Shown here piece by piece: positions 1 to 13,683 of a DNA stretch of 60,000 bases (position 1 is its first letter; the number at the start of each line of letters is the position of its first letter). The DNA lies in assembly GCA_965235115.1 (NCBI GenBank), contig OZ249436.1, positions 52,268,001-52,328,000 on the forward strand, in the 5' to 3' direction. Under the pieces are notes generated by a model, which was given only the letters and a program-made list of their open reading frames with translations, did not search any database and had not been told where the DNA came from. The position numbers and the translations under genes are program-made. Source of the DNA: Laetmonice hystrix (lineage: Eukaryota).

Positions 1-166
1 AGAATGTAATCTCAGTGTCAGGTCTAACCGAGATCACTGGTCGAAAAATCAAGATTTTAAAGATCATCAGATTCTAAAGACTGTGTCTGGCTGACAGATA
101 CTTCCACTGCGCATTGTCTTTGGTCGACGCTTCCCCCTGTTAACCATTACATCTCCGCTGATCCAG

Positions 167-1830
167 GTAGTGCCTGGTACCCTCAGACGGTGCCTGGTCG
201 TCTCTTGGTCGCTTACTGGTGGCTGTCTACGATCATCCTCAGTGCCTTCTATACGGCCGTCCTCGTGTCTCGACTGAGCGTCGCCACCGAGTACCTCCAG
301 GTCAGGTCACTGGAGGACCTGGCCAGCCCCACCGCACCCCTCCGTCCACTCCTCCTGGCAGACACCAACCTGGAGGATCTCCTAGAAGTGGGTTTCTCTT
401 TGAACGGATGGAAGGCCCTCAACACATGGGCATGAATTTGACACCCCCTCCATTTTACCTTTGGCTCTCTTGGGCCTGCCGTACACTGTCACGACTGTGG
501 CCAACTCGGACAAATTCTGGTTCCCGACTGCGCCCGACTGCAGTTGGAGCAAATCGTAGCCGATTCGAAAAACGAATCGGGAGCCAAGCGGCTCGGCTGC
601 AGTTGGCCGTAGTCGGGAAAGCGCGTACAATGTCTCGATTTTGGTCAACTGATCATCGTGACAGTGTACGGCGACGTAAAGCTCTTGCCAAAGGATTTCT
701 CGTTTCATCCAAAGGCACAAGGCGTCGAAACTTAAATGTCGTAATTGCTTTTTTCCTTTGATATCACTAGGTATGTTTTGCATTTGTCCATCAGGTTTGT
801 ATCCCGAGTGAAAAAAAAACCGTTCTTGACAATAATTTGCGTCCATTTCAGGCGACTATTGCGCACAGCAAATGTGACCTACTTGAGGCATGACCCATAT
901 CATAGTACGTCTATGCCCATATCAAAAGTCAAAAAGAAATAAAAATAGAACTTCATATTTGGATATTTCGGTTGCACTACTCGTTCCCATTTTCTTGTGA
1001 GTCTAAGTTAAAGTCATGTCTTTTTTTCCAAAGGGCGCCCCAGCGGGCAGTACTTACGACCGTATATGGAGAAGACTAGAGTCCGGTGGTGAAGCCATGC
1101 CTGCCGACCTCAACTCGGCGTTATCGATGGTGAGAAGCGGTGAGTATGCGCTTCTGCTGGACGACAGCATTCTACGTCACGTCGCGGCCACCCACTGCAC
1201 TACGTACGTCATGGCGACAGACGTCTTCAACCCGACGACTCTTGGGTTTATCTTCCCAAAAGGTTCTCGTATTGCCTCCATATTTGACCTCGTGTACGTC
1301 CTGAGTTTCTACGTATCTATGGTGTCGTTATTCCTGCAGCTGCTTTTCAATGATAACAATCGCGAAATTCCCCAAACCTTTTTTTCCAAAATCGGGTAAA
1401 AATCATGACTATTCATGAAATTCTATATTTATACCAATGCAGAATTGGATATACAATATGTTAAGAAGTTATCTGCGGAGTAGGGGCCCACCCAAAACAC
1501 ATAATGATCATCTAAAGCAGATGACCATTGGGATTTCTTGGCTTCTTCTATTTGTACAGCATTCTACGATTGCAAGAGAGCGGCATTGTGGACAAATTTA
1601 GAAAACAGTGGTGGCCTGCCGTTTACCAAAACTGCAGCTTGGCACTTTCCGGGTCATCCAGTGCGTCTGCCCATACGCTGGACTTAACCAACATGGCCGG
1701 GGCGTTCCTGGTTATAATCGTTGCTATGGCTACCGGCCTGATCGTCCTGGTGATGGAGATAATCTACAACAGGTTTTGGAAGGGTAGAAGCTGGAACCCA
1801 CCTAGAGATCCACATCAGCAGAACGAGTGA
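167..1830 (+). CDS. Ionotropic glutamate receptor-family gene (divergent iGluR/IR-like), 3' part only; exons 167-387, 1034-1293, 1560-1830
   Basis: Exon A encodes GSAWYPQTVPGRLLVAYWWLSTIILSAFYTAVLVSRL (M3 helix, SYTANLAAF-equivalent) then VRSLEDLA. Exon B is S2-lobe-like (GEYALLLD...HCTTYVMATDVFNPTTLGFIFPKGS). Exon C gives ILRLQESGIVDKFRKQWW, then LDLTNMAGAFLVII (M4) and TGA at 1830. Splice sites ccag|167, 387|gtgggt, aag|1034, 1293|gtacgt and acag|1560 are phase-compatible (0, then 2). AATAAA near 1914. Confidence 0.9.
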
Positions 1831-1939
1831 CGTCACCATCACCAAGCTCGGCCTCCGTGACCTGTCCTACTTCAAGGGAACCCCGCGGTAGGACCTACCG
1901 ACCGTTCGAGTATAATAAATCACTGGCCAAGGTCCAGCT

Positions 1940-4040
1940 CACTGGGTGATTTTAAAGTTGGTGTATTTGCCAGTGTGTAGTGTTAGTGTCAGCGTCAGTG
2001 TTAATTTCTACTCCAAACAACTGGTGGCAGTGTAACACTTACACTGGTATCTGGTGTTAATGTCACTGGTGTAAGTGTCACAGCAACTTCATGAAAATAC
2101 GAAAAATCTGGATGATATGAAACCTGGTGTTAACAGCTGGTGTTTACACTAACACCAAGAAGCCCTGGGACACCAGAAATAAACTCCCTGGTGTTAACAA
2201 CAGGTGTTAGTGTGATCAGAGTTTAGAGGTAGTGTTATTGGGTGTTAGTGGTGCACCCACACTCCCTGGAACACTCAGCCCAGGTGTTAATTCCTACCTG
2301 GTGTTCTGGCCAAGAAATTTGTAATGGCTCTTCGATTAGCCCTAACACTAACGTCTAGGCGTTAACACCGAAGTGATTTTAAAGCTGGTGTTGCCTGGCC
2401 AGCCACGCTGTTTGTGTCTTTTCAAGGGTCTTTTCACCCTGTTTGTGTCTTTTCACGCTAAGCATAACCCCAACCTGGGCTATCGACTTTTATTCAGCAA
2501 TTACAGATATCTTCAAATATTTAAAGATATCTTCAATTCAATTGAAGGTATCTTAAATTCATTTAAAGATATCTGCAAATATGTACAGATATCTGCAAAT
2601 ATTTAAATATATCTTCAAATGAATTGAAGATATCCTCAAATGATTTGAAGATATCTTCAATTCTTTTAGAGATACATGTTGTATCTGCAAAACAATTTAA
2701 GCTATACATTTAAAGTGATGTTCGCACCTATCCTTAATTCTATTGAAGATATCTTAAAAAGAATTTCAGATTTCTTCAATTGAATTGAAGAGATCTTCAA
2801 ATATTTGAAGATATCTGTAAATGCTAAATAAAAGTACCAACAGCATTCCATAGAATATACGTTTTGCAGCATGGCAAATCATAATAAATAAAATATAGTA
2901 CTTTTTTCTCAAAACATATAAAACAAAGTAGGTTAGTTTTCACGAAGGTTCAAAACATATTAGGATAGTGAAAGACAGTGTTTTGAGGTCAACTATGCTT
3001 AAGTTCTAAATGACCCATTTAAAATAGGCCTAAACTATTACAAAAGCTAATAATCAATGGTACGCCTAGTTTATTTAAAAAGATGATAAATTGGTGTGTG
3101 TAGGGGTGTGTGCGGTGTGGGTGTGGGGTGGGGTGGGGGGGGGGTGTAATGGTGGGTTAAAGGTAGGGATCAAGCATAGCCATGCAGTGGCGGATCTGGG
3201 GGGAGGAGTTACTGGGGTTGCAACCCCCCTTCAGCCGCTGACTAATGTCGTGATACCAGGAAAAAGGGGAAACAATAATAAATGCAGGTAGATCTATACA
3301 GGTAATACATAATCTATAGGCCTTTAGATTGAATATAGGCAACCAGGATAATAGGCACCCATATAACCAACCAACCCCCCAACTTCCTTTATTTAGTTTC
3401 TCTCTCTTGTCTGAATCACATTTTAAGTTGTGAATCGGGTGAGGTATCAGGGATTCTGGTTACTGTTAGCATACACCAACTTGAAAATCACCCCTGGTGG
3501 TAGGCCTACGTTTGTCTGTTCTCAGTTGATTTGTGTGTTGCTGATTATTATGAGAGTGGCACATATGAAATTGAGACACTTAATATTTTTGAAACTGCAA
3601 CAGGAACCAGTTCACTTCTGACAGGAGGTCTGGCGCATTATGGGAAAGCCCCAGATTATGCATGGATGCTCATGTGTAGTTGAAAGCATGAAATATTACT
3701 GGTCATAATTTGGGAATCAAACTCCGATTTTAACGAGGTCTTGATCATTTTTCCCAATGATGGTGTCCTTTCTAGCATGTAGTGTGGATTACTACTAACA
3801 ACGGGTGTTGGTGTTAACACTAACATGGTGTATGGTGTGAGTGTTATACTGGTGTTAGTGTCAGACCCGTGTTAGGAATCCGTATTCAGAAGGTAACCAA
3901 CTTGAAGTGTCAGTTGTGTGTAGATCACACGGACACCTGATGTTAACACTGGGCAATTTATTTCTGGTGTCCCAGAGCTTGTTAGTGTTACTGTTAGTGT
4001 AAACACCACCTGTTAACACCAACTTTAAAATCACCCACTG
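1940..4040. mobile_element. Degenerate foldback/TIR element, or two inverted copies of one repeat, rich in GTGTTA/TAACAC motifs
   Basis: cactgggtgattttaaagttggtgt at 1940 is inverted at 4016-4040; the block ~2120-2220 is inverted at ~3925-4020. No clean TSD. Confidence 0.6.
2477..2850. mobile_element. MITE with GAAGATATCTTC internal repeats, nested in the 1940-4040 element
   Basis: acttttattcagcaattacagatatcttcaaatattt is mirrored by aaatatttgaagatatctgtaaatgctaaataaaagt; many internal gatatc palindromes. Confidence 0.7.
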
Positions 4041-6275
4041 AGCACTCACACGATGGCTTATTATAAACTCATTATGGTCCTCCCACTGAATCCCACTGAA
4101 TCACTGAATGCGTTGGGTCACATGACCACTGACTGGCAAATTCAAATTGGCAAACACACAGCGAACATAGATTTTCTGTCACATATTTCAGAAAAGGGCT
4201 TTGGTTGATTTTCATGTCAAGTGTATATTATTATGTATACCATGTTGGCCCTATTTATAGCCGGGGTCCCCCTTTAAGAAACCCTACCGAGTTTGCGATA
4301 TGCTTTGGGTCACAGGTTAATAATGTCAAAATTAGAAATCTTCTCTCCCACTTGCATTTTCATAAATTCCAGTACCAGTATCCTAAATCAGTACCAGTAT
4401 TCCCTGCGATTTGAGCACAAATCCCCCTGCCAATGAAGGGCCACGTGCATATTTGGTTCTGTAGTAAAAAGCAAAAATAGATCATGAAATGCAACGCTTA
4501 CCACGGCGTTATAACGCCTGACTGTAAATCCACTGGCTGGCCATGTCAAGATGAAAAGTAATATTGTAATAAAGTAATAATGACTGTGAAAGGCAGGCTT
4601 CGTGTTGTTGTGAGAATGCCCGATCGGTCGATGTGACCAAGCTGAGTGAGATACCACTGCGCCACCTGTTGGGAAGTAATAAAGCAACTCGACGAATGAG
4701 GAATCTTTTTGCATCGTGTCGATCTACTATGATGTATGTTCACTTATTTATAGTCCATAGTTTTGTTACACTGGAAATTAGCTGTTTGATAGCCTGTCAC
4801 TAGGAATGTCGCTTTTAGCACGGCGGGAAACCTTGTTTGGGAACACTGTTATAGTTCGAGAGTTTCAGTCAGGCAATTGCTGGCTTGGTGAATATCACCT
4901 AGCGTTAAATAGAGGAACTAACCAAAACCCCGGATCCCCGCCGTCTCGCGACTCTCTGACGTGAAGAGAGAGGAGAAGCTTCTGAAACCACTATCGAAAC
5001 CTGGGGAATAATTTGGATAATTTTGGCGAAATGCTAAAATAATGCAACAAACGCAAAGGAAAATCTTAGAGGGAGAAGAATTTATTCGCAATATAGGCCT
5101 ATTTCGGAAAGGCATCGTTTTAGGTCACATTTGAAAGGTCAAATTATGGTCAGATTTTTAGCAGAACGTTTTAAAGTTAGGAATACTTTGACTCTAGGGT
5201 TGAAGGTGCACAGGGTACTCCAGTAAATGCTTGTAACTTTTGAAGTTACGGGGGGAGGTTCTGCTGGGGGGGGGGGTAGATACGTACCCTGTGGTCAACC
5301 CCAGCTTGTGTTACTTAGAGTACAAGCCGTGCTCCACTGAACAATCTCGAGTTTGAGCACGAAGTTATGTTGGAGGTATTGCAGGACTCTGGAATCGTCC
5401 CCGTTTTCCCCGCGGGCTGACATGGCAGCCGGTCCGCCGCGTGCTCTGGCACGACCGTCATCATATCGTTGTAAAACGGCGCAGCCATCCGTAACGGCCT
5501 ATTGATTGCCGCTAACTGGGTCACCTCGCCGCATCGTGACGTCCGGGCAGACTAACGTCATCAAAGAATCATTCCTCACAAAGTCGCTTCGGTCACAACG
5601 ACTAATTACAACACCAGTCGCACCAATATGAAGCTTAAAATTATGCATTAACATTTAAAGCAGTTTCATGAATCGAATCCTAATTGAGATAGTTTTAGAC
5701 GTTTCTATGCTCTCGACTACCAAAAAGAAAGGAAGTTTGTTTTGATATTACAGAAATATTGTATTTGTCTTGGCACCCATTGTTCCCCGGTGGGGGTATC
5801 TCAGTTTTTGCCGGCCAATGAAGATGAGGTTGTCTCGAAAATCATACTGATATTAAGGATACCATCTACTCTTTCAGATATTACAAGTGCCCATTTAGAT
5901 TCATAGTAGCTGGTCAATTTGCATTAACTAATGATTTAAATGTGTACGGGCCTTCCGTTATAGTAAATTAAGCATGTGATTATTAAGAGGCATTCACTCC
6001 GGAGTAAGAGCATATAACTTGTTCATTATTCAGTTTCGGAATTTTTAATACGATGAAATGAATGTACATCCATCAGTACAAAGATTTACGTACTTGTGCC
6101 CTTTCCCCCATTTAACACTGCGCATGGAAAAGGTCTTTTTGAATAGAATCTGTCGGATTAGGATTTATCCGCAGTAGTTTGCTTCATTTTGTGGTTTGAA
6201 TGAAATCAAACTGAACAGACAGCAAGAAGAGCCTACGAGCTTAAACCTACACACTAATGTCCACCGTGTCGTTTT

Positions 6276-6638
6276 ATGTCCTAATTACAATGATACGTCT
6301 CAATCCTGTAATATCAGACAATGTCCTAATTACAATGCTACGTCTCGATCCTGTTATATCAGACAATGTCCTAATTACAATGATACGTCTCAATCCTGTA
6401 ATATCAGACAATGTCCTAATTACAATGATACGTCTCAATCCTGTAATATCAGACAATGTCCTAATTACAATGATACGTCTCAATCCTGTAATATCAGACA
6501 ATGTCCTAATTACAATGATACGTCTCGATCCTGTAATATCAGACAATGTCCTAATTACAATGATACGTCTCAATCCTGTAATATCAGACAATGTCCTAAT
6601 TACAATGATACGTCTCAATCCTGTAATATCAGACAATG
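6276..6638. repeat. 45-bp minisatellite, 8 copies
   Basis: Unit atgtcctaattacaatgatacgtctcaatcctgtaatatcagaca; near-identical copies with no spacers. Confidence 0.95.
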
Positions 6639-9499
6639 GCTGACGAGAGACCAGAAACGTCTATAAAGGATACAGCGACGGATCCACATGCACACCCACA
6701 ATATAAACGGGTACAATCACAAACTAAAGCAGTAACCATCGCACCTCAGACCAGGACTGCGGAGAGGAGCGTATTTATGACACTAAATACCTCGGTGATA
6801 TAAACACGATTGATGGAAGCACCATTGCATGACTTGCATAAAGCGTTTGATGCGCCCGCCGTTGACCCCAACACGGAGATAGCTGGAGTGCCCCAAGGTG
6901 TGAACCAATGTAATTCAGACATATCCTGAACTTACTTCCGGTCTACCTGTCAAATATAACACCGCTTTATTTGTGAAAAATTATAAGTGCAGCAAAGGCA
7001 TTTATGCCATATAACAAAACGCATATTTGAACTAGGACATATGTACAGCCAATAAAATCATAGCGAACATGAAGGCTGTCTATACATATTTGTTGTAAAT
7101 CGTGTATTCATGAAGATGTTCACAATATCCATAATAATAATAGATGTCGAAATCTGGTTTTGGTTTTAGCAAGTGCTTTCTGCGGTCTGAGCTTGGTTCA
7201 TGAATGGAAAATAAATTTAGTGTTATGTACACTAATAAATTTGTAGAAATTGGCGTTTCTTCTTAAAAGTAGACATCACTTTGGATATCTGAAACATTTC
7301 TTGTATATAGTTCACATAAATTGTTCTCTAAACTTGATTCTGAAATGTGTGAACGCCTTCCCGGTGATACTAAAGTAAAATTTAACGAAAAATACAAATT
7401 TATGCCCGTATAATAGATTATACTGTTATAGTGTTACATTCACAGTTCAGTTTGCCAGGTGCTATATTTGTTTGATTCTATGGCCGCTGTACTTCCTCAG
7501 CGTGTTAGAAATGTTTCCTTCCTCTGCTGATCCACCATCCCAACCATGACCACTAAAATCTTTTCACCGGTCATTTAGGATGATTATGAACGCTATCATG
7601 AATTAGTCAGCGGTTTGTGGATGAGTCGATGATAACATGATGTCACTTGGAGAATCCTTTCGGTAACAATGAAACCTTATTAATGTGCAATGTGCCTGAC
7701 CATTATGACGGCAATTGACCAATCGCAACAACGGAGTTGGTGGTGATAGAATAGTATACGAATGTGGCACATTACTATAGATTATGAAAATTATATGCAA
7801 ACTCGAGTCATGAACACAATACGACAAGCCACGGTGTAGCATTTCATCTACATACATGTTCATGTATTAGGCATTAAGCTTTCTCTTACTCCGTATAGAA
7901 TTCGTATCCCTGCATGGTCTATGTGCGTAGATGTGCATACAACATGGGGCCGGATGTGTGTGCGTGAGGCTGGGGTATACGCTTGGCGGTATCTTGCATA
8001 CTGCCGTCTCCAATCAATTATGCTCTCTTGCCATAGAAAGATCACTCTTCCATGACAGAAATATCTTGCGACGCATGCCCACAGCTCGTGCATGCTTTCA
8101 AACGTTTCTATACTCGCGGTGTCCAGAACCAGTGCATTTTTAGTGGAGATTAAACTGACAATGACTACATAGCGCACCCGTGAACAGCAGGAATGCTAGC
8201 TCTTACAGTCGGACCGGGCGAGTCAGGAATTGTGATGATCACAATGTCATAGATTGCAAGTTGTCGTGCTCATGATGTACACAGTTATAACCTTGAATAC
8301 ACGCGTCATCCAAACGTAACCAGATTGACCTGGCAGAAATCTATTGTGTTTCTGCAAAGAGAATATGGATCCGGTTAGTGAAGTACCGTTAACGTTAGCG
8401 TATTGCCCGAGGGCCCCTAATCACGTGCACTGACCAGCGGCCTTCCGACAGTTATATCCGAGTATGTTTACATGCGCCTGAGGCCTGTCTACGTGACATG
8501 AGGTTGGCCATCAGCGCAATGACAGTTTAAACGTAGGGATCTGCTCCGCCTCTAGTATCACATGATTTGACCTGGTAATTAAAAATTAATGACTGATGAA
8601 GATTCTATGCATCAAATTATATGAAGTCCTGATATTTGCACAAGACGGCCCAGCTTACTGTTTCCCCGACCTATAAAAAGTCCTGCATGTGACATCAAAG
8701 ATTTTTGATTTCACACCTTCGACATACCACACTGGACGTGTTGCTAGGGCCCGACCCATCTATAGACCATAATGATTGTCCTTGCAAAGTCCTTGTGTGT
8801 TTTAATTAAAACGTGGAGTTTATCTCTGTGGAATATTCGCTAGATCTCCGTCCAGGATTCTTGAGGTGGGTTCTAAACGAAAATCTCTACGTTAATCACT
8901 GTAATACTAGTATACGGAAGAGTAAAGCCAGGGGGCAAGGCAATCACTCTTTCTCTTAACGCACCCTCCCTGCCGAAATCCTGGTCTGCTTCTGTGTGAC
9001 ATTGTCTTTATGTATATGCAAAGTGATTAGGCTACAACCGATATTAAACCTAGGCATTTGTTGCCTAGATGGGGGGGGGGGGGGTCCTGATCCCTAGCTA
9101 GACCTAATTTGAAAAATTTATCTTATTATGTAACTGGAGCTTAAATCTGTTTGCAACAAGATGATTCTGACTACAAAGTACCTTCCCTACCTACGGACCG
9201 GTCTGACGTCTGGCGGACGTTTGCGTCAGCGCCATCTAAAACTGTCTATTGTCGCCGTTATGAAATAGCGACAAGTAGAGGAAATGCCAGACGGCGCCAC
9301 TGTTGAAACATTGTCTTGTTGTACGCCTTGTCTCAGTCAGGACGTCTGTTATGATTAAAGTGGCACCTCAACTTCCTCAACTACTTACCTGGGAATCCCA
9401 AGAACACCATGTTAAAATTGTGGGGTCAAGGGATAAGCGAAATCATTTTAAAAATGGAATGGAAAAATAAGTCTCCGCTGTCCTCCTGGCTTCCACTCC

Positions 9500-9625
9500 G
9501 ATTCATCAATGTCCGGCCGGGTTACGATACGTCTCTGTGGCGGGGCACGGTAAAGATCCCTTGGCATCTGTCGAAAACAGTAGGGGTTCACGGACTGTAA
9601 ACAACTACTCACTCACTCCACTCTG
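9500..9625 (+). mobile_element. Possible SINE 3' fragment (Deu/Nin-domain-like)
   Basis: ggcacggtaaagatcccttggcatctgtcgaaaacagtaggggtt resembles the Deu/Nin SINE core as I recall it, followed by an (actc)n tail. Not verified by search. Confidence 0.35.
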
Positions 9626-9911
9626 ATTCCGCTGCCATATTTGGGCATACATTTGGACAACATTACTGCTACCTGGCTTCAGTACGGACGGACCGAACGG
9701 TAACTCGGGGCCCTAACATAGCTCCATTTAAAAAAATACTTTCGCTTATCGGTCGAACCTGAAATTCTGTAATGGTGTCCCTGAGGAATTTGGGGTGCCA
9801 CTTTGACTCATAAAGATTAAAGAGGATATCGTCCATGATGAAACTATGCACATGCATGATTCCATCAAAATATTATGCAGGTTGTAAAAAAATGCCTATC
9901 ATTGACGTATA

Positions 9912-11088
9912 GCCCTTGTTCTGGCTAGAAGTCCGAACGGCTAGTTATGTCCGACAGGAGATATGTCCGCAAATATCAGCTAGATGTAAACTGCCGGTAT
10001 CGCTCAGCTTTGGCATATCCATTTTAATACATCGCTGAAACAGCCCCTCTCAAATCCTGATGAATGGGAGGCGAGAGAAAGAAAAATTGAGAGCAACCAA
10101 AAAATCAGGGATTGGTCTGATTCTTCAGGGTCCAAGTCCTAACGTTCGTATCTGGCGTCTGGAGACACACGATAGCCCATTGAGAGTCAACTGATTTGGA
10201 ACCTTGCCGCAGATTGAGCACACTGACGGGGTACGCGTTCTATTTATATAACCCTTTAGAAGAGTTGTCCACGGTTCTTCGAGTTACACCCTCACCTCTC
10301 CCTCGTGGACACCAACCGAGCCGACCTCTTCGTACTGTCAGGTTTTCAACAGCGTCTGTTTCCAGACTACGACCGAACGTGGAGACCCGAGTCTCGCCTT
10401 TCCTAGACAGTTGTACAGTGTTACTAATTGCTTGTCACACCCTGTTGGTCGGGTACCACAGAACAGGTGTGACAGACACAGCACAGGAGTTGATCACGAT
10501 ATTAAACTATATCTCAGCGAAATCACAAACCTTAAGGTAGTGTATGTTGTAGGTAAACATTTAAGCATACTTTTAAAAATGCATTTTGTCTTGATTCTTA
10601 ACATTTGGTTTCGTGAAAATCGAAGAAACTTGTATACATCCAGGCAACAACCACCCATGCCACCGTCCTTTAGCCGAGGGTGACACCAAGCGTCAATAGA
10701 GGTTATGCAGTGACGTCATTTGAAGGGAAACAGCATGGTTATGTTTATGTTTGGCGGAGTCGGGTCACGGTTCATTAGCTTCTATTGTCCAGGGCCTATT
10801 TATAAATGTAGGTTTCTTGTCCCTCCAAAATACGTCACCTGCATAACCTCAATATCCACACTGCAGGTATTGGTGGTATCTGTGATGGATGCTGCCATCT
10901 GGTGGTCAGTTTTATATAGGCGCAATCTAGAGGATAATCCAGATATGTCCGCAAATGTCAGCTAAATGTGTCCGGTAATCCGGATATGTCCGGAAATATC
11001 GGTACCGGACACATCTAGCTGATGTTTGCGGACATAATCTCCTATCGGACATAACTAGCTGTTCGGACGTATCTAGCCGGAACAGGCC
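9912..11088. mobile_element. Non-autonomous DNA transposon with ~80-bp TIRs, copy 1
   Basis: Left end gcccttgttctggctagaagtccgaacggctagttatgtccg; right end cggacataactagctgttcggacgtatctagccggaacaggcc. Body is highly similar to 32618-33760. Confidence 0.85.
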
Positions 11089-12895
11089 TACTTTATGGCA
11101 CTGAAGGTTTTTCATATGTGATTCAGTTAACTTTCGAAACATCTCAAGGCGTGCTTAATAAAATTTCATGACTTTTCCATGTCTTTTCCAGAAGTAAATT
11201 CCAAATACACTAAAATTTCAAAACTACCCCCCCCCCAGTACGTCGTGGAACGTTACAATTTGGCCTAACAGAAACAAAAGTGTTTCTATTTTGCATGAAT
11301 TGGCGTTGTTGGTGGCCATCTTGGATTTCTGGAAAAAGGCACCAGGGTGATTTTGGGTGATTTTATGGGAATAAATAAAGGGGGCATACAAGCAACTTCC
11401 CTGAAAATGTCAGTTTTCTACCATTTTTTCCACCTATTTACCTAATGTTCTATTTAATATAGGTCACGGAGCTACGGATATCTGAAAAGCAAGCGCAGAC
11501 AGAGTTTCTTGATATTTGTAAGACAGACCGTTTACTTGAAGGCCTATTGTTCGCCAAAGGATAATGATATCGTATCAATTGTTCTGTTATTCCTAGCTCG
11601 CCTCATGTAAATGACGTTCATGTTGTCGCCTCGTATAGTACTTTGCGCCGCCATGCTATATGCTAATGAACCCCGATCGTTTCCTACTAACAATGACCCC
11701 AGTGAGATGAAAGCCGTCTGCGCAGCGTCTTAAGCTGGCTGGTATACATCCTTACATGACATGTGCAGTTATGTGATTTATGGACTCCTGCTGAAAAACA
11801 AATACCAAGAAGATAAATGGTGAAGGATGACACAGACATTGTATCATAATAACGTGTACCGTCTTAAGGGGCCATCTCAAAAGTTCACACGTATTTTCTA
11901 AATTAAATCAGTTTAAAACAGTGGGTGTTGGTCTGAGGCCCAGTTTAATTTGTGAAAAAACAGTTGAATGCATATGGAAAAGGTGGAAACCAAGGAGAAA
12001 GAAGGTCATGTGTGTCACTCCAACACTCCTGATGGTCAGGAGTGTGGCTTAAAGGGAAATGTGAGTGTTCAAAGCGCCGCGTAGTGAGCTTTAACAGAAA
12101 AATGTTTGGCTTATTTATGCAGTCAACTCGTTTGATGTGGAAATCAGTAGTATTTTTTAAACCATGAACCAAACTGTGTGCCTGAACCATGCGGCGGGTG
12201 GTCCCAGAGATTTTTTCCAGAGTTTTTTTTTCCATTTTGAAGACACCAGCTCACCACCACTGACCCGGGTATTACCCAGGGGAAATCCTAAGCGTGAACC
12301 TGCCCTTGGTATCACACAATATCTATCAAAATGTTTGTGCATTAATTTGGACCCATCACTGCATCATTTTTATTTAAAACGTCGCAGTCACAGTCATAAT
12401 CGACATCTTTTGGGGTCTTAGTGCTAAAATGTATAAATGGAAATATGGTACGTATAATATTAAAGGTTCTCTGGCCAAAAATGTCCTAATGTTGTTGTGA
12501 CGAAGTGTCAGCCATTATTGTGATTTGGTGTGTTGGTGGAGAACAGGATGTCCAACTTTAAGGCCGCAGTGGCGTGCAAACATTGCGTAGGCCTTCGTCT
12601 GCCACCGACACTCCCGCCACCAGCATGACGCCTCAAGCAAGAAAAGTCCGGCGTGACAGCAGAGATGGGACTTTGAGAGGGAGCTAGGCTGACATGGACA
12701 GAAATTTCTAGACGAGTGGTCATACCTTGATTAATACAGGTGGGGGAAGATCGAATTGGTGACAACATTTTGTTTGTTTTTGTGTGTCGCTCTCTCTGTC
12801 TGTGTCTGTCTCTATCTGTCTGTCTGCATTCATGAAACAAGATTCTTGCAACAAAAAGCATACGGAATATACATCTCAATCAATCGACTACTTAA

Positions 12896-13224
12896 AGGGA
12901 GTAGAAAAGTTCCTCACTAACGTACCTTTGAACACCAGTAACACCATGTGAAGTGTCTAAGGTCGCACCGATAAATGGAACACTATCTACGACAAACAAA
13001 GGGTGGAAAATTACCTCCGTCTCCGATCTCGCCGATCTAGTCCGTCGCTGTTGTGAAACGGCCCCCTAGACCCTGTTTCTGTTAGACTGTTATCAACAGT
13101 CTCTCTCTCCCTCTCTCTGTCTCTCTGTCTGTCTGTCTTGTCTGTCTGTCTGTCTGTCTCTCTGTCTCTCTGTCTGTCTGTCTCTCTGTCTCTCTCTCTG
13201 TCTCTCTCTCTGTCTCTGTCTCTG

Positions 13225-13303
<79 letters not shown>

Positions 13304-13683
13304 TATTGGGGTATGTTAACAAATACAGAGTTTGTGTGCGGCTATCGTTTGCAACCCTCTCTGAAATCGTCGATGAATCTGTCGTCATCTTCCTTCGAAT
13401 TGGTTTAGCGGTGACATCATGGGCATATTTCTGGTAAAAGTGGAATCGCCGCGGCACGTGAATAGCGGCACTCTGGCCGGGAATCTGCGTGGTTCGTTCC
13501 GCCACATAACAATTCGTGGACAAGTAGGGCAGACAAGCAGACGAAGCCAGAGGGAGAATGTCTAGCTACATTTCAGTTGATTATTCCTTTATTAAAGATC
13601 AGACCATCACAGTATTGTAGGTAGGAACAAGCTTGTTCATGCCGAACACCCTTATATTGATAGTTTGAACTTTTCTACTGCCT
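12896..13683. mobile_element. Kolobok-like non-autonomous element (TTAA TSD) carrying a TC microsatellite
   Basis: ttaa|agggagtagaaaagttc ... gaacttttctactgcct|ttaa: 17-bp TIR with one mismatch, TTAA on both sides. Confidence 0.75.
13100..13300. repeat. (TC)n/(TCTG)n/(TCTCTG)n compound microsatellite
   Basis: Directly visible. Confidence 0.95.

Noticed and set aside
6196..6666. Cys-rich repeat protein (CPNYNDTSQSCNIRQ)n
   Set aside because: It is the translation of a 45-bp minisatellite that is open in several frames on both strands, with no signal peptide or splice support.
13011..13523. ER/DR-repeat and SL-repeat ORFs
   Set aside because: Translations of the TC microsatellite inside a MITE.
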